Assembly (NCBI RefSeq): GCF_963921235.1
Contig: NC_086108.1
Span: 83,206,001-83,270,000 of the forward strand
Source of the DNA: Mobula hypostoma
Lineage: Eukaryota
DNA: 64,000 nt
Direction of reading: 5' to 3'
Shown: piece by piece, positions 47,580-60,530 of the stretch
Layout: each line of letters begins with the position of its first letter
Numbering within the stretch: position 1 is the first letter of the stretch
Program-made: the position numbers and the translations under genes
The notes under the pieces: model-generated
Told to the model about the DNA's origin: nothing
The model's database searches: none
What the model saw: the letters and a program-made list of their open reading frames with translations, nothing else

Positions 47580-50500
47580 TAGCTGGAGGCAAGAGAAGGA
47601 AATGGAATAGGCAGCCACTCGGGGTCCCCTGAGGCCGGTCCCCTCAATAATGTACCGCTTGGGATGCATCTGGGGGTGGAGAGCAACCTACCAGCAGGAA
47701 GCCACAGACCTGATCTCTGCCAGAGCCTGTCTCTGTGGCTCAGAAGGAAAAGGGGAGAAGAGGACTACAGTAGTGATAGGGAATTCCATAAGCAGAGGAA
47801 AAGACAGCAAATTCTGTGGACGTGAAAAAGATGCCCGGATGGTATATTGCCTCCCAGGTACCGGAGTCAGGATATCTCGGGTAGGGTCCACAGTATTCTA
47901 AAGAGGTTGGGTGAACAGCTACAAGTCGTGGTAGATATTGGTACCGACATAGGTAGGAAAGGGGAGGATCTGAAGACAGAATATAGGGAGTTAGGTAGAA
48001 ACTGACTTCCAGACTAGTAATCTCTGGATTGCTGTCGGTGCCACGTCCTAGTGTTAGTCAGAATAGGATGGGTTGGCAGATGAACGTATGGCTGAAGAAT
48101 TGCTGTAGAGGGCTAGGTTTCAGATGTCCGGATCATTGGGATCTCTTCTGAGGAAGGTAAGACCTGTAGAAAAAGGATAGGTTACACCGGAACCTGAGGG
48201 GGACAAGTATCTTTGCAGGTAGGTTTGCTTAAGCTGTTGGGGAGGGTTTAAACTAATTTGGCAAGGGGATGGGAACCAGCGTGATAGGGCTGAAAATGGG
48301 GTAGTTGGTATAAAGCACAAATAGATGGAGTGTGTATTGAGACTGTAAGGAAGGACAGGTAGGTGATAAGGCAAAATTACAGTCAGTGGGATGAGTTAAA
48401 GAGTAACGGGCACCAAAATTGAAAAGAGTGATAAATACTAAAGGTGCTATACTTGAATGCACGCAGTATACAGAATAAGGTAGATGATCTTATAGCACAG
48501 TTAGAGGTTGCCAGGTATGGCGCTGTGCGCAACACTGAGTAATGACTGAATGAAGATCATAGTTGGGAGCTTAACATCTAAAGATACACATTGGATTGAA
48601 AGGACAGGCAGGTAGGCAAGGGGGTGGGGTGTTTCTGTTGGGAAAAAAATAAATCAAATCCTTAGAAAGAGGTGACATAGGATTGGAAGATGTAGAATCA
48701 TTGTGAGTAGAGTTAAGAAACTACAAGAGTGAAAAAAACTCTGATGGGTTATATTCGGGCCTATGAACAGTAGCCAGAATGTGGGCTGTAAATTACAACG
48801 GGAGATAGAAATGGACATTTTGCAACACTCATGGGGGATTTCAATATGCAGGAGGATTGGGGAAAATCAGATTGGTGCTGGATGCCACGAGGGGAAATTT
48901 GTACATTGCCCATAAGATGGCTTTTTAGAACAGCTTGTGGTTGAGCCTGCGAGGGAACTGCAATTCTGGATTGCATTTTATGCAATGATTCAGACTTGAT
49001 TAGGGAGCTTAAGTAAAAGGGACCCTTAGAAGACAGTGATCATAATATATTAGAATTCATCCTGCAGATTGAGAGGGAGAAACTAAAGTTGGGTATTAGT
49101 ATTACTGCAGAGTAAAGGGAATTACTGAGGCATGAGAGAGGAGACCACTAAAATTGATTGGAAGGGGACACAAGCAGGGATGATGGCAGAATAACAATGG
49201 CTGGAGTTTCTGGGAGCAATTTAAAAGATGCAGGAAAGATGAAGAAGTATTCTAAAGGGAAGATGAGGTAACTGTGGATGACAGGGGAAATCAAAGACAG
49301 CATAAAAGCAAAAATTACTGGGGAGTTAGAGGATTGGGAAGCTTTTAAAAATCAACGACTAAAAAGGCATAAAGAGAGAAAAGAAGAAATATGGATTTAA
49401 ACTAGTCAATAATATTAAAGAGGATACCAATTTTTTTTCAGATATATGAAGAGTAAAAGAGAGATGAGAGAGGATATTGGACTACTTGAAATGATGCTGG
49501 AGTGGTTATAATGGAGGACAAAGAAATGGCAGACAAACTTAATAATTATATTGCATCAGTCTTCACTGTGGAAGACACTACCATTAGGCCAGAAATGTGA
49601 GTGTCAATGGCAGAAGTGAGTGCAGTTGTTATTATTAAGGAGAAGATGCCTTGAGAAGCTGAAAAGCCTAAAAGTAGATAAGTCACCTGGACTGGATGGT
49701 CTGCATCTCAGGGTTCAGAAAGGTAGCTGAAGAGATTATGGAGTCATTAGTAATGATCTTTAAAGAATCACTGGATTCCGAAATGGTTCCAGAGGACTGA
49801 AAAATTACAAATGCTACTCCATTCTTTAAGAAAGAAGGGAGGCAGAAGAAAGGAAATTAGAGGCCAGTTAGGCTAACTCCAGTGGTTGCAAAGATGTTGG
49901 AGCCTATCATTGCTTGGGGTAATCGGACGCACATGAAGAAATAGGCCAAAGTCAGCATTTTCCTTAAGGGGAAATCTTGTTTGACAAATCTGTTCATATT
50001 TTTTGATGAACTGACAAGCAAGGTAGACAAAGGAGATTCAGTTGATGTTATTTATTTGCTTTTGACAAGGTGCCCCACATGAGGCTGCTTAACAAATAAA
50101 GCGCTCATGGTATTGTGGATAGAAAATTGGTTTACTGCCAGGAGACAAAAGAACGGAAATAAAGAGGGTCTTTTCTGGTTGGCTGCCAATGACTAATGAT
50201 GTTCCACAGGGCTCAGTGTTAGGACTACTTCTTTTCATGTTACACAGTATTGCAATGATTTTTGATGGCTTTGTGGCCAAGTTTGTGGATGATACGAAGA
50301 TAGGTAGAGGTACAGGTAGTTTTGAGGAAGCAGGGTGTCTGCAGGACAAATAAATATCTAGAATACGAGACGAAGAGTTCTTGAAAGTGAGTCCGTAGGT
50401 TGTGGGAACAATTCAGTGTTGGGATGAGTAGAGATAAGTTCTCCCCTACTGGTTAAGAGCCTGATGTTTGAGAGGTGGTTAAGGCGGCACATAACGCACT

Positions 50501-51290
50501 TGGCTCTATTGCTTGAGGAATTAAATTCAAGAGTTGGAGGTTATGATGCAGCTTTATAAAACTTTTATAAGGCCGCTTCTGGAGTATTGAATTCAGTTCT
50601 GGTCACCCAAGAGGGACGTCGAGGCTTTGAAAAAGGTGCAGAAGAGGTTTACCAGGATCCTGCCTGGATTAGAGGACAGGTATGATAAGTAGAAGGTTGT
50701 TTTCTCTTGAATAGTGGAAATCTATTAGAAGTTTATAAGATGATGAGACATATAGAACAGTACAGTGCAGTACAAGCCCTTGTGTTCAGCCTTTAACCTA
50801 CTCCAAGATCAATCTAACCCTTCCTTCTCACATAGCCCTGCATTTCTCTTTCATCCATACATAGACAGAGTAGACAGCCTGTGTCTTTCTCCTAGGGTTG
50901 AAATGTCCCATTAAGTCAAGACAAGTCACTTTTCATTGTCATTTCGACTATAACTGCTGGTACAGTACAGAGTACAAACGAGACAATGTTTTTCAGGACC
51001 ATACCAGAGGACAGGCATTAAGGTTCAAAGGAGATGTGTGGAGAAAGTACTTTTTTAAGCACAGAGTGGTGTATCCCTAGATTGCCAGGGGTGAAACTGG
51101 CAGAAAATGTGATAATGGTTTCAAGAAGCCCTTCGAGAGGCGCATGAATGTACATGAAATGGAAAGATATGGACATTCTGTAGGCAAAAGGGATCAGGTT
51201 AGTTTGGCATTTGTTTACTATTTAAATTAGTTCAGCACAACATTGTGGGCTAATGGGTCTTTTCCTGTATTGCATTATTCTATGTTATGC
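47580..51290 (+). mobile_element. Long degenerate CR1 (esterase ORF1 to 3' end) with small nested fragments
   Basis: TVVIGNSISRGKDSKFCG..MVYCLPG; decayed ORF2 homologous to 15451-21003. Confidence 0.85.
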
Positions 51291-52370
51291 ATACCAAATT
51301 TCCTCAAGCTCCTCATGAAGTAGAGTTGCTGATGCATTGTAATGCTATTTTTGCCTAGAAGAGTTCTGCACTTAACCTTAAAATTGGACGCTATAAAAAC
51401 GAGATGCAGATTTTCTCTTGTTTGGCTTTGACTAATACTGTCTTTGATCTGCTGATTCTAAATGCTACAGATTTAAGCCAGTTTCAAAAGATTCATGAGC
51501 TCGCAAAGCTTTATATTAGTATGTAAAGTCAGCTGATGATGTTTCTTACGTTAGCTATAAAGTGGCAGGGCACACATCCTTCAAAGCTGTACTAAATTAG
51601 AAAGCATTTTCTAAAGTTTAATCAGAATTATGGAATGGATAAATGGAGAATGCTAGATGGCACAAACTGAAATGAGCCTATTAACTCATTGGCCTAGATT
51701 CTAAATCTATTACCTGGATCTTACGATACTCACTTTCCTATCTCAAGCTGCTACTCATTCTCATGAATTTTTTCCCAGCAGTTTAAAGCACTTTAAACAG
51801 TTGCAGGGAGGACACAAAGTATCTACAATCATCCGAATCAAATGCAGTTAAATGGAATTAGTTAAATTATGGGCTAAAGAGTCTGTTTCCCGGTTCAAAA
51901 TGTTTATAAACAGAATGTCTGAAATCCAGATAATTGCAATTTACATGAACAGAATAATTCATCATTGGATGTCAGGTCAATACGATCATCTGGTAGGATA
52001 TGATACCTATCACACTCTATCAAACCAGTCATAACAATGAAAGAGTGAAACCAATTACATCTTAGCAAACCAATCACATTGGGCATCAAGGCTTGACTGA
52101 ATATATAAGGTTCCTTCCTGGCCATTAGGTACCACACTGCACTAGTAATTGTCCCAGTTCTCTAGATAGCATTTATATTAAAATATGCAATAAATGAGTT
52201 TGGATGTGATACAATGATAGAAAATCCCATCCTTCCATAATTTCAAATCTTTCTTTCTCAAGCTTTGGAGATCAGAATAGGACTAAAACAGTGATGTGCC
52301 CTTTAATGTACAAGCCTCATTCTCTTTTTATCTGTACTATTACAGGAAGTCTCTCTCTCTCTCTCTAGCA

Positions 52371-52450
52371 CAAGGATTCCCATCCTGCGGTCCATAGCCC
52401 ACTTGTTTAATGGTATTGGTCCATGGCATAAAAATGGTTGGGAACCCCTG
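52371..52450. mobile_element. 80-bp hAT (Charlie-like) MITE
   Basis: caaggattcccatcc / ggttgggaacccctg TIRs; 8-bp TSD ctctagca. Confidence 0.85.
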
Positions 52451-53413
52451 CTCTAGCAGCAAGTGTGCCTATTATAACCAAAGTTGCAGCAATTTCCAAA
52501 AACCATGGTATGACCTGCTTCAGGAGCAATGCCTCTACTCAATTGCCAAGGGACAACTGGCCATGAGAAGGCCAAGTATTAGGTAATTAACATTGTCTTC
52601 AATTTTGCTGAATTTAATCAAATGGAAGGTAAGGGGTCCAATAAATCTGGGCAGTTTCAGGTGGGAGAAGCCACAGTTTTTGCAATATCAAAGAATCCTG
52701 TTCAGTGGCGTAAAGACTACAGTGTGTGTTCCTAGTGGGAGTGATCTGCAGTTGGAACAGTAACAAGAGGAGGTTCAATGATGGAAGAGGAATACCGTTG
52801 GCTATCATGGAAACATTTAACTTTATTGAACATATCGGGACACTGAAAGTAGCATTTTGTACCATTTTTAATATCGCTGCAGCAAAATTGGATTGATTTT
52901 AAATAGGGAGTATGAGTCTTATATGGTCTGGTTAACGGGTCCATTCATGCCCATGCAGCTCAAAATTTCCAATTGCAACTGTGGCGAAAATGTGAAGGTT
53001 CATTTATGGTGTTCAATGCTTCTTTAAATGGCAAACTGCACACATTCCAATTACTCCTTTACTTCAGCAGGGCATTCAAAACACATTCCACTCCCAGTTC
53101 GTATAAAGATCTTTCAAAGGACTAAACCACAAAACTACTGCCAATCTTGGTTGCAATCCATTCAAATGTAGAAAAGGGGGATATGCACATAGTTCAAGAA
53201 TCACGTCTAACTTCTGACTACAGAGGTGCAGAGAAGGCATGTGCCCCAAACCAGGGGTTACCATAAAGTCACCGGGAGCAGACAAAAGAAGAGTTAGTAC
53301 GTATCAGCTGAACTTTTCAGTGAGTCACCCTGCACACAGAAGCAATGTCATAATTCCATGACCTGACAAGTTAATCATGGTTCAAAGTTCAAAGTAAATT
53401 TATTATCAAAGTA

Positions 53414-54766
53414 CAGGTGTCCCCTACCTTTCAAATTTTCACTTTATGAAACCTTACTGTTACGAAAGACCTACATTAGTTACCTGTTTTCGCTAACAGG
53501 TGTTTTCACTGTTACGAAAAAAGCAGCGTGCAAAAAAAAAGCAGCGCGCGCCCCAAGCAGCTGCTCTCCCCCGGATTCGGAACTGCATTCTCGCCGGCAT
53601 TGCTTAAACACGTGCCTGTGAGCAGCCGTTAGCAAGATGAGTTCTAAGGTATCAGAAAAGCCTAGAAGAACTCGTAAGGGTGTTGCACTTAGCGTAAAAC
53701 TAGACATAATTGAGCATTTTGATCGTGGTGAACGAAGTAAGGACAACGTGAGTTTGGCTTGTGGAAGTTGACGACGATGATGTTGAAGAGGTTTTGGCAT
53801 CCCATGACCAAGAACTGATAGATGAAGAGCTAATGCAATTGGAAGAGGAAAGGATAACAATCGAAACCGAATGCAGTAGCGAAATGAACGTGAAGCAACT
53901 GCGTGAGATTTTTGCTGCAATGATAAAGTACGACTTTAATTTTGAAAGGGTACGTAGGTTTAGGGGATATTTGCAGGATGGTTTGAGTGCTTACAAAGAA
54001 CTGTATGATAGAAAAATGCGTGAGGCTCAGCAGTCAAGCAAGCCTTCCACATCAGCCACAGCAGACGATGAACCTCGACCTTCGACATCGAGGCAGGCAG
54101 ACATAGAAGAAGATGACCTGCCTGCCCTGATCGACGGTGAGATGACAGCCCCGTGTCCAACCACCCCAGTGGTCCCAACCTCCAGGCCGCGGACAGATAC
54201 CGATTTGTGAAGAATGCAGCAGTAGCCAGGAGGCACCCAGCATGTCTTTAAGAAAAAAGCTGAAATAAACAAGCTAATTAATTAGGTGTCACCCGGCACA
54301 TAAATGTCGGCCCAGATCAGAGGCAATTGCTGATTGCGTCGCCTCTGATCTGGGCCGACATTTACATGCTGGCGGCACCTACTCTATATAGGCTGTGTAT
54401 TTTTATGCGTTATTTGGTATGATTTGGCAGCTTCATAGCTAAAAGGTTACTGGAGAGAGTGTTTCTGCCCAGAGCGCTTGCGTGAGATTTTCGCTACAGA
54501 GAACAGTGGAGGCAATCATTGTAGAGAAGTATTTCTAATTTATATAGGCTGTGTATTTATCATATCATGCCTGCTTTTACTATATGTTACTATTATTTTA
54601 GGTTTTATGTGTTATTTGGTATGATTTGGTAGGTTATTTTTGGGTCTGGAACACTCACAAATTTTTCCCATATAAATAAATGGTAATTGCTTCTTCAATT
54701 TATGACATTCCAGCTTACGAACCATTTCATAGGAACGCTCTACCTTCGTATGGCGGGGGAAACCTG
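53414..54766 (+). mobile_element. Internally deleted Tigger/pogo element inside a Rex 3' end (53385-53413 plus 54767-55830, minus)
   Basis: TA|caggtgtcccc ... gggggaaacctg|TA; HTH start MSSKVSEKPRRTRKGVALSVKLDIIEHFDRGE joined to the acidic C-terminus EVDDDDVEEVLASHDQEL..YKELY. Confidence 0.85.
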
Positions 54767-56114
54767 TACATATATATCACTGTGTACAACCGTGAGATTT
54801 GTTTTCTTGCAGACACGCACAGTAACTCCAAGAAACACAATACAATCAATGAAAGACTGCACCCAACAGGACGAACAAGCAACCAATCTGCAGAAGACAA
54901 CAAACAGTGCAAATATGAAAAAAAGAACAGAAGTGATAAATAAATAAGCGATAATATCAAAAACATGAGATGAAGAGTCCTTGAAAGTGAAACAGTTCAG
55001 TGATGGAGCAAGTAAACTTGAGTGACATTAACCCAATTCAAGTGCTCGATGGTTGAGAGTTAATAACTGTTCCTGAAACTGGTGGTGTACCCTGAGGCTC
55101 CTGTATCTTCTGATGGCAGCAGCAAGAAGAGAGCATGGGCTGGGTGGTGGGGTTCCTTGATAATGGGTGCTGCTTTCCTGCGATGGCACTCCATGTAGAT
55201 ATGCTCAATGGGAGGGCTTTACTCACTAAGGACTAGGTTGTAACCACTACTTTTTGTCGGGCTTTCCATTCAAGGGCATTAGCATTTCCATACTAGGCTA
55301 TGATGCAACCAGTCAATATACTCTCCACCACACATCTATAGAAGTTTGTCAAACTTTTAGATGTCATGCCAAATCTTCGCTAACTTCTAAGGAAGTAGAG
55401 GTGCTGCCATGCTTCCTTTGTAATGGTACTTACATGCTGGGCCCAGAACAGATCCTCAGAAATGATAACACTAAGGAATTTAAAATTGCTGACCATCTCC
55501 TCCTCTGATGCCTCAATGAGGACTGGCTCATGGACCTCTGGTTTCCTCTTCCTGGTCAATAATCAGCTCCTTGTCTTGCTGACATTGAGTGAAAGGTTGC
55601 TGTTGTGGCGCCACTCAGACAGAATTTCAATCTGCCTCCTATGGGTAGCTTGTCACCACCTTGAGTCGACCAAAGACAGTGGTGTCATCAGCAAACTTAA
55701 ATATGGCATTGGAGCTGTGCTTAGCCTCACAGTCATTGGTATACAGCAAGTAGATCAAGCGCTAAGCACACAGCCTTGTGATTCACCTGGGCTGATGGAG
55801 ATTGTGGAGGAGATGCTTTTGCCAATCCAAACTTTAACACATGGAACTCTATCTTACTCTGCTTCAGCTGGAACAATCATACTCTCTGGACATCAACATA
55901 GACCTAATCACGTACATCACAATGGCACTGCTTCAGTAAAAGTAAATTATTTCAACATTCTCAAGTGAGGCTTGCCATGAAAATTGGAATTACAATAGCT
56001 GGGAAGATTTACATGAAATGAAATAGTGTATATTGCAATGAGTCCTTTCTCTGGAAAATATTGCATTATTTCTCAAATGTACTCAAATGCAGTTACACTA
56101 AGCAATTAACTCTA

Positions 56115-56912
56115 TTAGTCACCACTTTTGATTCGGCCTACAGCATTAGTATCATCAGCAAACTTGAATATGGCATTGGAGCTGTGCTTAGCTGCATACA
56201 AGCGTAAAGCAAGTAGAGCAGAATCTAAGCACACACCTTTGTGGTGCACCTGTGTTGATGGAAATTGTGGAGGAGATCTGATTTCCAATCCTAACTGATT
56301 GGGGTCTGCAAGTTAGAATATTCAGGATCCAATTACACAAGGAAGTTTTGAGGCCAAGGCCTTGGAACTTCTTGATGGCTTTAAGGGGATGATGGTATTG
56401 AATGCTGAGCTGTAGTCAATGAGGAGCCTCCTACTGTATGCATCTTTGCTGTCCAGATGTTCCAGGGTTGAGTGAAGAGCCAATGAAATGGCATCTGCTG
56501 TGGTCAGTTGGTCCAGTGGGTAAATTGGAGCAGGTCCAAGTCACTTCTTGGCCAGGAGTTGCTATGTTTCATCACCAATCTCTCAAAGCACTTTATCACT
56601 GTGGATGTAAGTGCTATTGGATGATAATCATTGAGGTTGGTTACCAAGTTCTTCTCAGGCACCAGTATAAGTGAAGACAGCTTGAAGCAGGTGGATATTT
56701 ATTGTTTATTTATTGTTATCTTTCCTTTTTATTTGCGCAGCTTGTTTTCTTTCACCCACTGGTTGAATGCCCAAGCTGGTGTGGTCTTTCACTGATGCTT
56801 TATGGTTATTATTCTATTATGGATTTATTGAGTATGCTCACAAGAAAATGAATCTCAAGGTTGTGTATAGTGTCATACATGTACATTGAAAATAAACTTA
56901 CTTTGAACTACT
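56115..56912. mobile_element. Rex1/Babar fragments (56115-56695 minus; 3' UTR 56700-56912 plus)
   Basis: Homologous to 7400-7620 and 8350-8575. Confidence 0.7.
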
Positions 56913-58019
56913 ATTTGATCATGTGCCAAATATTTCAGCAGTTTTCCTATCCACTATTCGAAAAAAGTTGTACACAGGCCATCAGGTTTGTGTAGTAAAA
57001 GCAATCTAGACGTAAAGGTTTGGTTATCAAGGTAAATGAAATGTCCTACTTCCCTCTATTCTGTTCCTGGCACATTGCCTCACACCACATTGGTGGAGTT
57101 TGTGCTGCAAGTTCATCCCAGTGGCCCTGACCTATTACTGAGGCTTCAACAGAAAGTTGGACATGAACTAAAAGTTCATGGAGAGAGAAATGAGGAATTT
57201 TAAAACATAGATGTGCAACCATAGCTGAGTCAAATATGAATTTTTATGTTGCTTTAATAGGAAGTTATCTCTGGCTCTGAAGGGGTGAATGCTGAGAGTG
57301 GATTGTGCAACATTACTCATTCAAAAAAAAAATGTTTCTTAGAGCAGATTTCAAAAATGTAGGTTTCCTTTCAGAATCATTTGGTTCAGGAAATTTGTCC
57401 AAGCATTTCCGGTCAGAATGTATGATGTGTAGGATGCATTTTTCTAGGAATATCTACAGGAGATCTTCATGTCTATCAGAACTTTGTTCTCAGTATATGA
57501 TAGGTTAAAAAATCTATTCTCCAAATCTACTTAGTTCATCTATTAACATATGAGAGAACATCATTTAAAGCAAGAATGAGAACTGTTCCCCTTAAATCAG
57601 TATGAATTTCTTTATTGTTTAAAATTTTCACCCATTTATATTGCATTAGAAAAGTACATTTAGTTACATTTTAAAACAAGTCTCCATAAGCTAAGCCATA
57701 GAAATAGTTGTAGTTAATTGCCATGTTTGCAATCAATATATTATTATAGAAATATCCAGTTGCAGGAGGTTCAAAGTATGAAGCCCTGCAAATATTTTGT
57801 TAAAAATATCCTTTTTTGTTCATCAGACCAGTCAAGTGTGTCAGGGTTGTCATAAAATAGGCTTATTTTGTATATTGGCTTATACTCTACAAATGTTGAT
57901 ACGAGATTCACAAAGTATGGGATTTTTGAAAAAGGCATAAGGAATTCCTGAGAATACAAGTAGGAGGAGTATCTTGATCTATTCAATAAGATCGTGTTTC
58001 AAGTAAACTTTGCTACCCA

Positions 58020-58520
58020 TTGTCAATACCTCTGATTCCCTTGTCTAAAATTCTACTGATTTCAGCCTTGAAAATACACTAAAGACTGATCATGTGGAGC
58101 TTCAAGAGGTAGAGAATTTTAAAGATTTCCAACTATCTACTTGAAGAAACATTCTATCATTGATGGCCGACTGATCAGTCTGAGATTCTGCACACTTTGT
58201 CTGGCCTCTGCTGCTTCAACATCTTATACTCTCATAATCTAGTAGGTCTTAACTGTGACCACCTCCCTTTTTTTCCAGATCCTCCCATATAGAGCAAGTT
58301 TATTAGATCTCTTTTCATTGGTCAATCCCTTTGTCCTGAAAATCAACATCACAAATCCACACAGCACCAAAAAGGCTTGCATACCCTTCTTTTGGAAATG
58401 GAGACTGAAACTGCACACACTGCTCAAAATAAGATCTTAGTAAAGCTCTGTGCTATCTCAGCAATACTTCAGTTCCTCACAGTAAAGGCTGTAATCACAC
58501 CTTTAGGCATTTTAACCTGC
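58020..58520 (-). mobile_element. Very old CR1 3' fragment downstream of the mknk1 stop codon
   Basis: Decayed similarity to 15580-15970 and 17150-17340. Confidence 0.5.
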
Positions 58521-58983
58521 ATAGTGTTTTGTTTAATCAAATAAGATCAGAGGCAACTATACAGATATGTAATACGTATTAACCTGAAGAGTTACTACTC
58601 TTTTTGATGATGTACATACTTCACACTAACTTCAAGAATTATCTCCTTCTTTCTGAACTGGCATCTATATTTTACATATATTAGGCAATTTTAAGATATA
58701 AAATATTTTAAAATAATGCTCAAGAGAAAAATAAATATTATAAACTCCTCTCATAATAATTCGCACGCAGTTTAAAAATATAATCAAATAAGGGTGCCTT
58801 GTACAAAAATATTAAAATTAACTGCAGAGTGCCACAGACTAAGCAGCATTATTTAGTTTTCAGTAAATAAATATTCTCAAGTGTAACAAACCCTGTGCAA
58901 ATCCCATAGTAAAGCAAGCATGGTTTGATTCCTGAACTAGGTATATGATGCCATGGCAGCTTGACATTAGATAAAAACATAAA

Positions 58984-59230
58984 TCATGAAGCACCATTAT
59001 TGACACTCATTCCTGAAGTGGCTAACTGCTGTTGGGGAGATTTTGCGGCCTGTGTCTTGGCCCTTCGTTTAGCAAGCCTGGAACTGGAGGGAGGAGAAAG
59101 TCGCATGGAACAAACAGTCTTGATGATAGCTTCCTGCTCTCCCTGCATCTCCTCATCCTGCTGTGACAGCTGTCTGTTGAAGGCAATAGCTTCAGCAGCA
59201 AAATGAGTCAGGTCCTTTGTACTGCTGTTC
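58984..59230 (-). CDS. mknk1: MAP kinase-interacting kinase 1 (Mnk1a), last coding exon
   Basis: (R)[41 protein letters not shown] matches the human MKNK1 tail as I recall it (RNSSTMDLTLFAAEAIALNRQLSQ..CSMKLSPPCKSRLARRRA). Acceptor ttttttttgttcccag|G at 59231; stop TGA at 58984-58986. Confidence 0.92.
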
Positions 59231-59802
59231 CTGGGAACAAAAAAAATCACTTAAATGTATAAATTAGTGAGCCATGCTGCTAAAACTGCATAATGTGATC
59301 TTAAAACATTTCTTAAAAGGTTTACTAATTCAATAAAGGATATTACTATATAAATGACAATTTAGAAAAATTGTTCTATCACAACAATCATTTGTATAAA
59401 GCCACATGGAATCAGCAAATAAGAAATCTATTTCAGTGACGATGGCATCAAAGATGCAAGTTCCATAAGAGATGAAAACAAATTTGAAGCAAAGACTAAG
59501 CAAAAATGAAAAGATCATTATATTTCAAATACTTTTTAAAAACATTTATTAATTCATGGATACAAAAGACTGCATTTGTTATCCATTCCTGATTTCCTTG
59601 GAACTAGTGAGACATTGTGCTTGGATAACCCTACACAAGGTAAAGAAAATACAACAGCCTTTTCCCTCACAAAGAAAATCCACGTAAAATTAAGAAATGG
59701 CTAAAAGAGCCCACAAAAATATCTCCAAGCTAAAAATGCTAATTTTCCAGAAGAAAATTTGCACAGCTCTGTTGATAATTAAAAAGGGAAGTGCTAATTA
59801 TA

Positions 59803-60530
59803 ACATAGAAACAAAAACATAGAAACATAGAAAATATACAGAACAATACAGGCCCTTCAGCCCACAAAGCTGTGCCAAACATGTCCTTACATGTGAAATT
59901 ACCTAGGGTTACCCATAGCTCTCTATTTTTCTGAGCTGCATATACCTGTCCAGGAGTCTCTTAAAAGACCCTATCGTATCTGCCTCCACCAAGTCGCTGG
60001 CAGTCCATTCCATGCACTCTCTGTGTAAAAAACTTAACCCTGATATCTCCTCTATACCTACTTCCAAGCACTTTAAAACTGTGCCCTGTCATGCTAGCCA
60101 TTTCAGCCCTGGGAAAAAGGTTCTGAATGTCCACACAATCAATGCCTCTCATCATCTTATACACCTCTATCAGGTCACCTCTCACCCTCCGTCACTCCAA
60201 GGAAAAAAAGCCGAGTTCACTCAACTTATTCTCATAAGGCATGCTCCCCAATCCAGTCAACATCCTTGTAGATCTCCTCTGCACCCTTTCTATGGTTTCC
60301 ACATCCTTCCTGTAGTGAGGCGACCAGAACTGAACACAGTACTCCAAGTGCGGTCTGACCAGGGTCCTATATAGCTGCAACATTACCTCTCGGCTCCTAA
60401 ACTCAATCCCATGATTGATGAAGGCCAATGCACCATATGCTTTCTTAACCACAGAGTCAACCTGTGCAGCAGCCTTGAGTGCCCCATGGACTTGGACCCC
60501 CAGATCCCTCTGATCCTCCACACTGCCAGG
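59803..60530 (-). mobile_element. CR1 3' fragment in the mknk1 intron
   Basis: LVRPHLEYCVQFWSPHYRKD; (TTCTATGT)n tail. Confidence 0.9.

Noticed and set aside
53761..54210. 149-aa acidic ORF as a host gene
   Set aside because: It is the Tigger transposase C-terminus inside TA-flanked TIRs; the DDD domain is deleted.
58961..59206. Plus-strand 81-aa ORF
   Set aside because: Antisense shadow of the mknk1 exon.
59231..59250. N-terminal MIFFVP of ORF 58984-59250
   Set aside because: This is the intronic polypyrimidine tract and splice acceptor.
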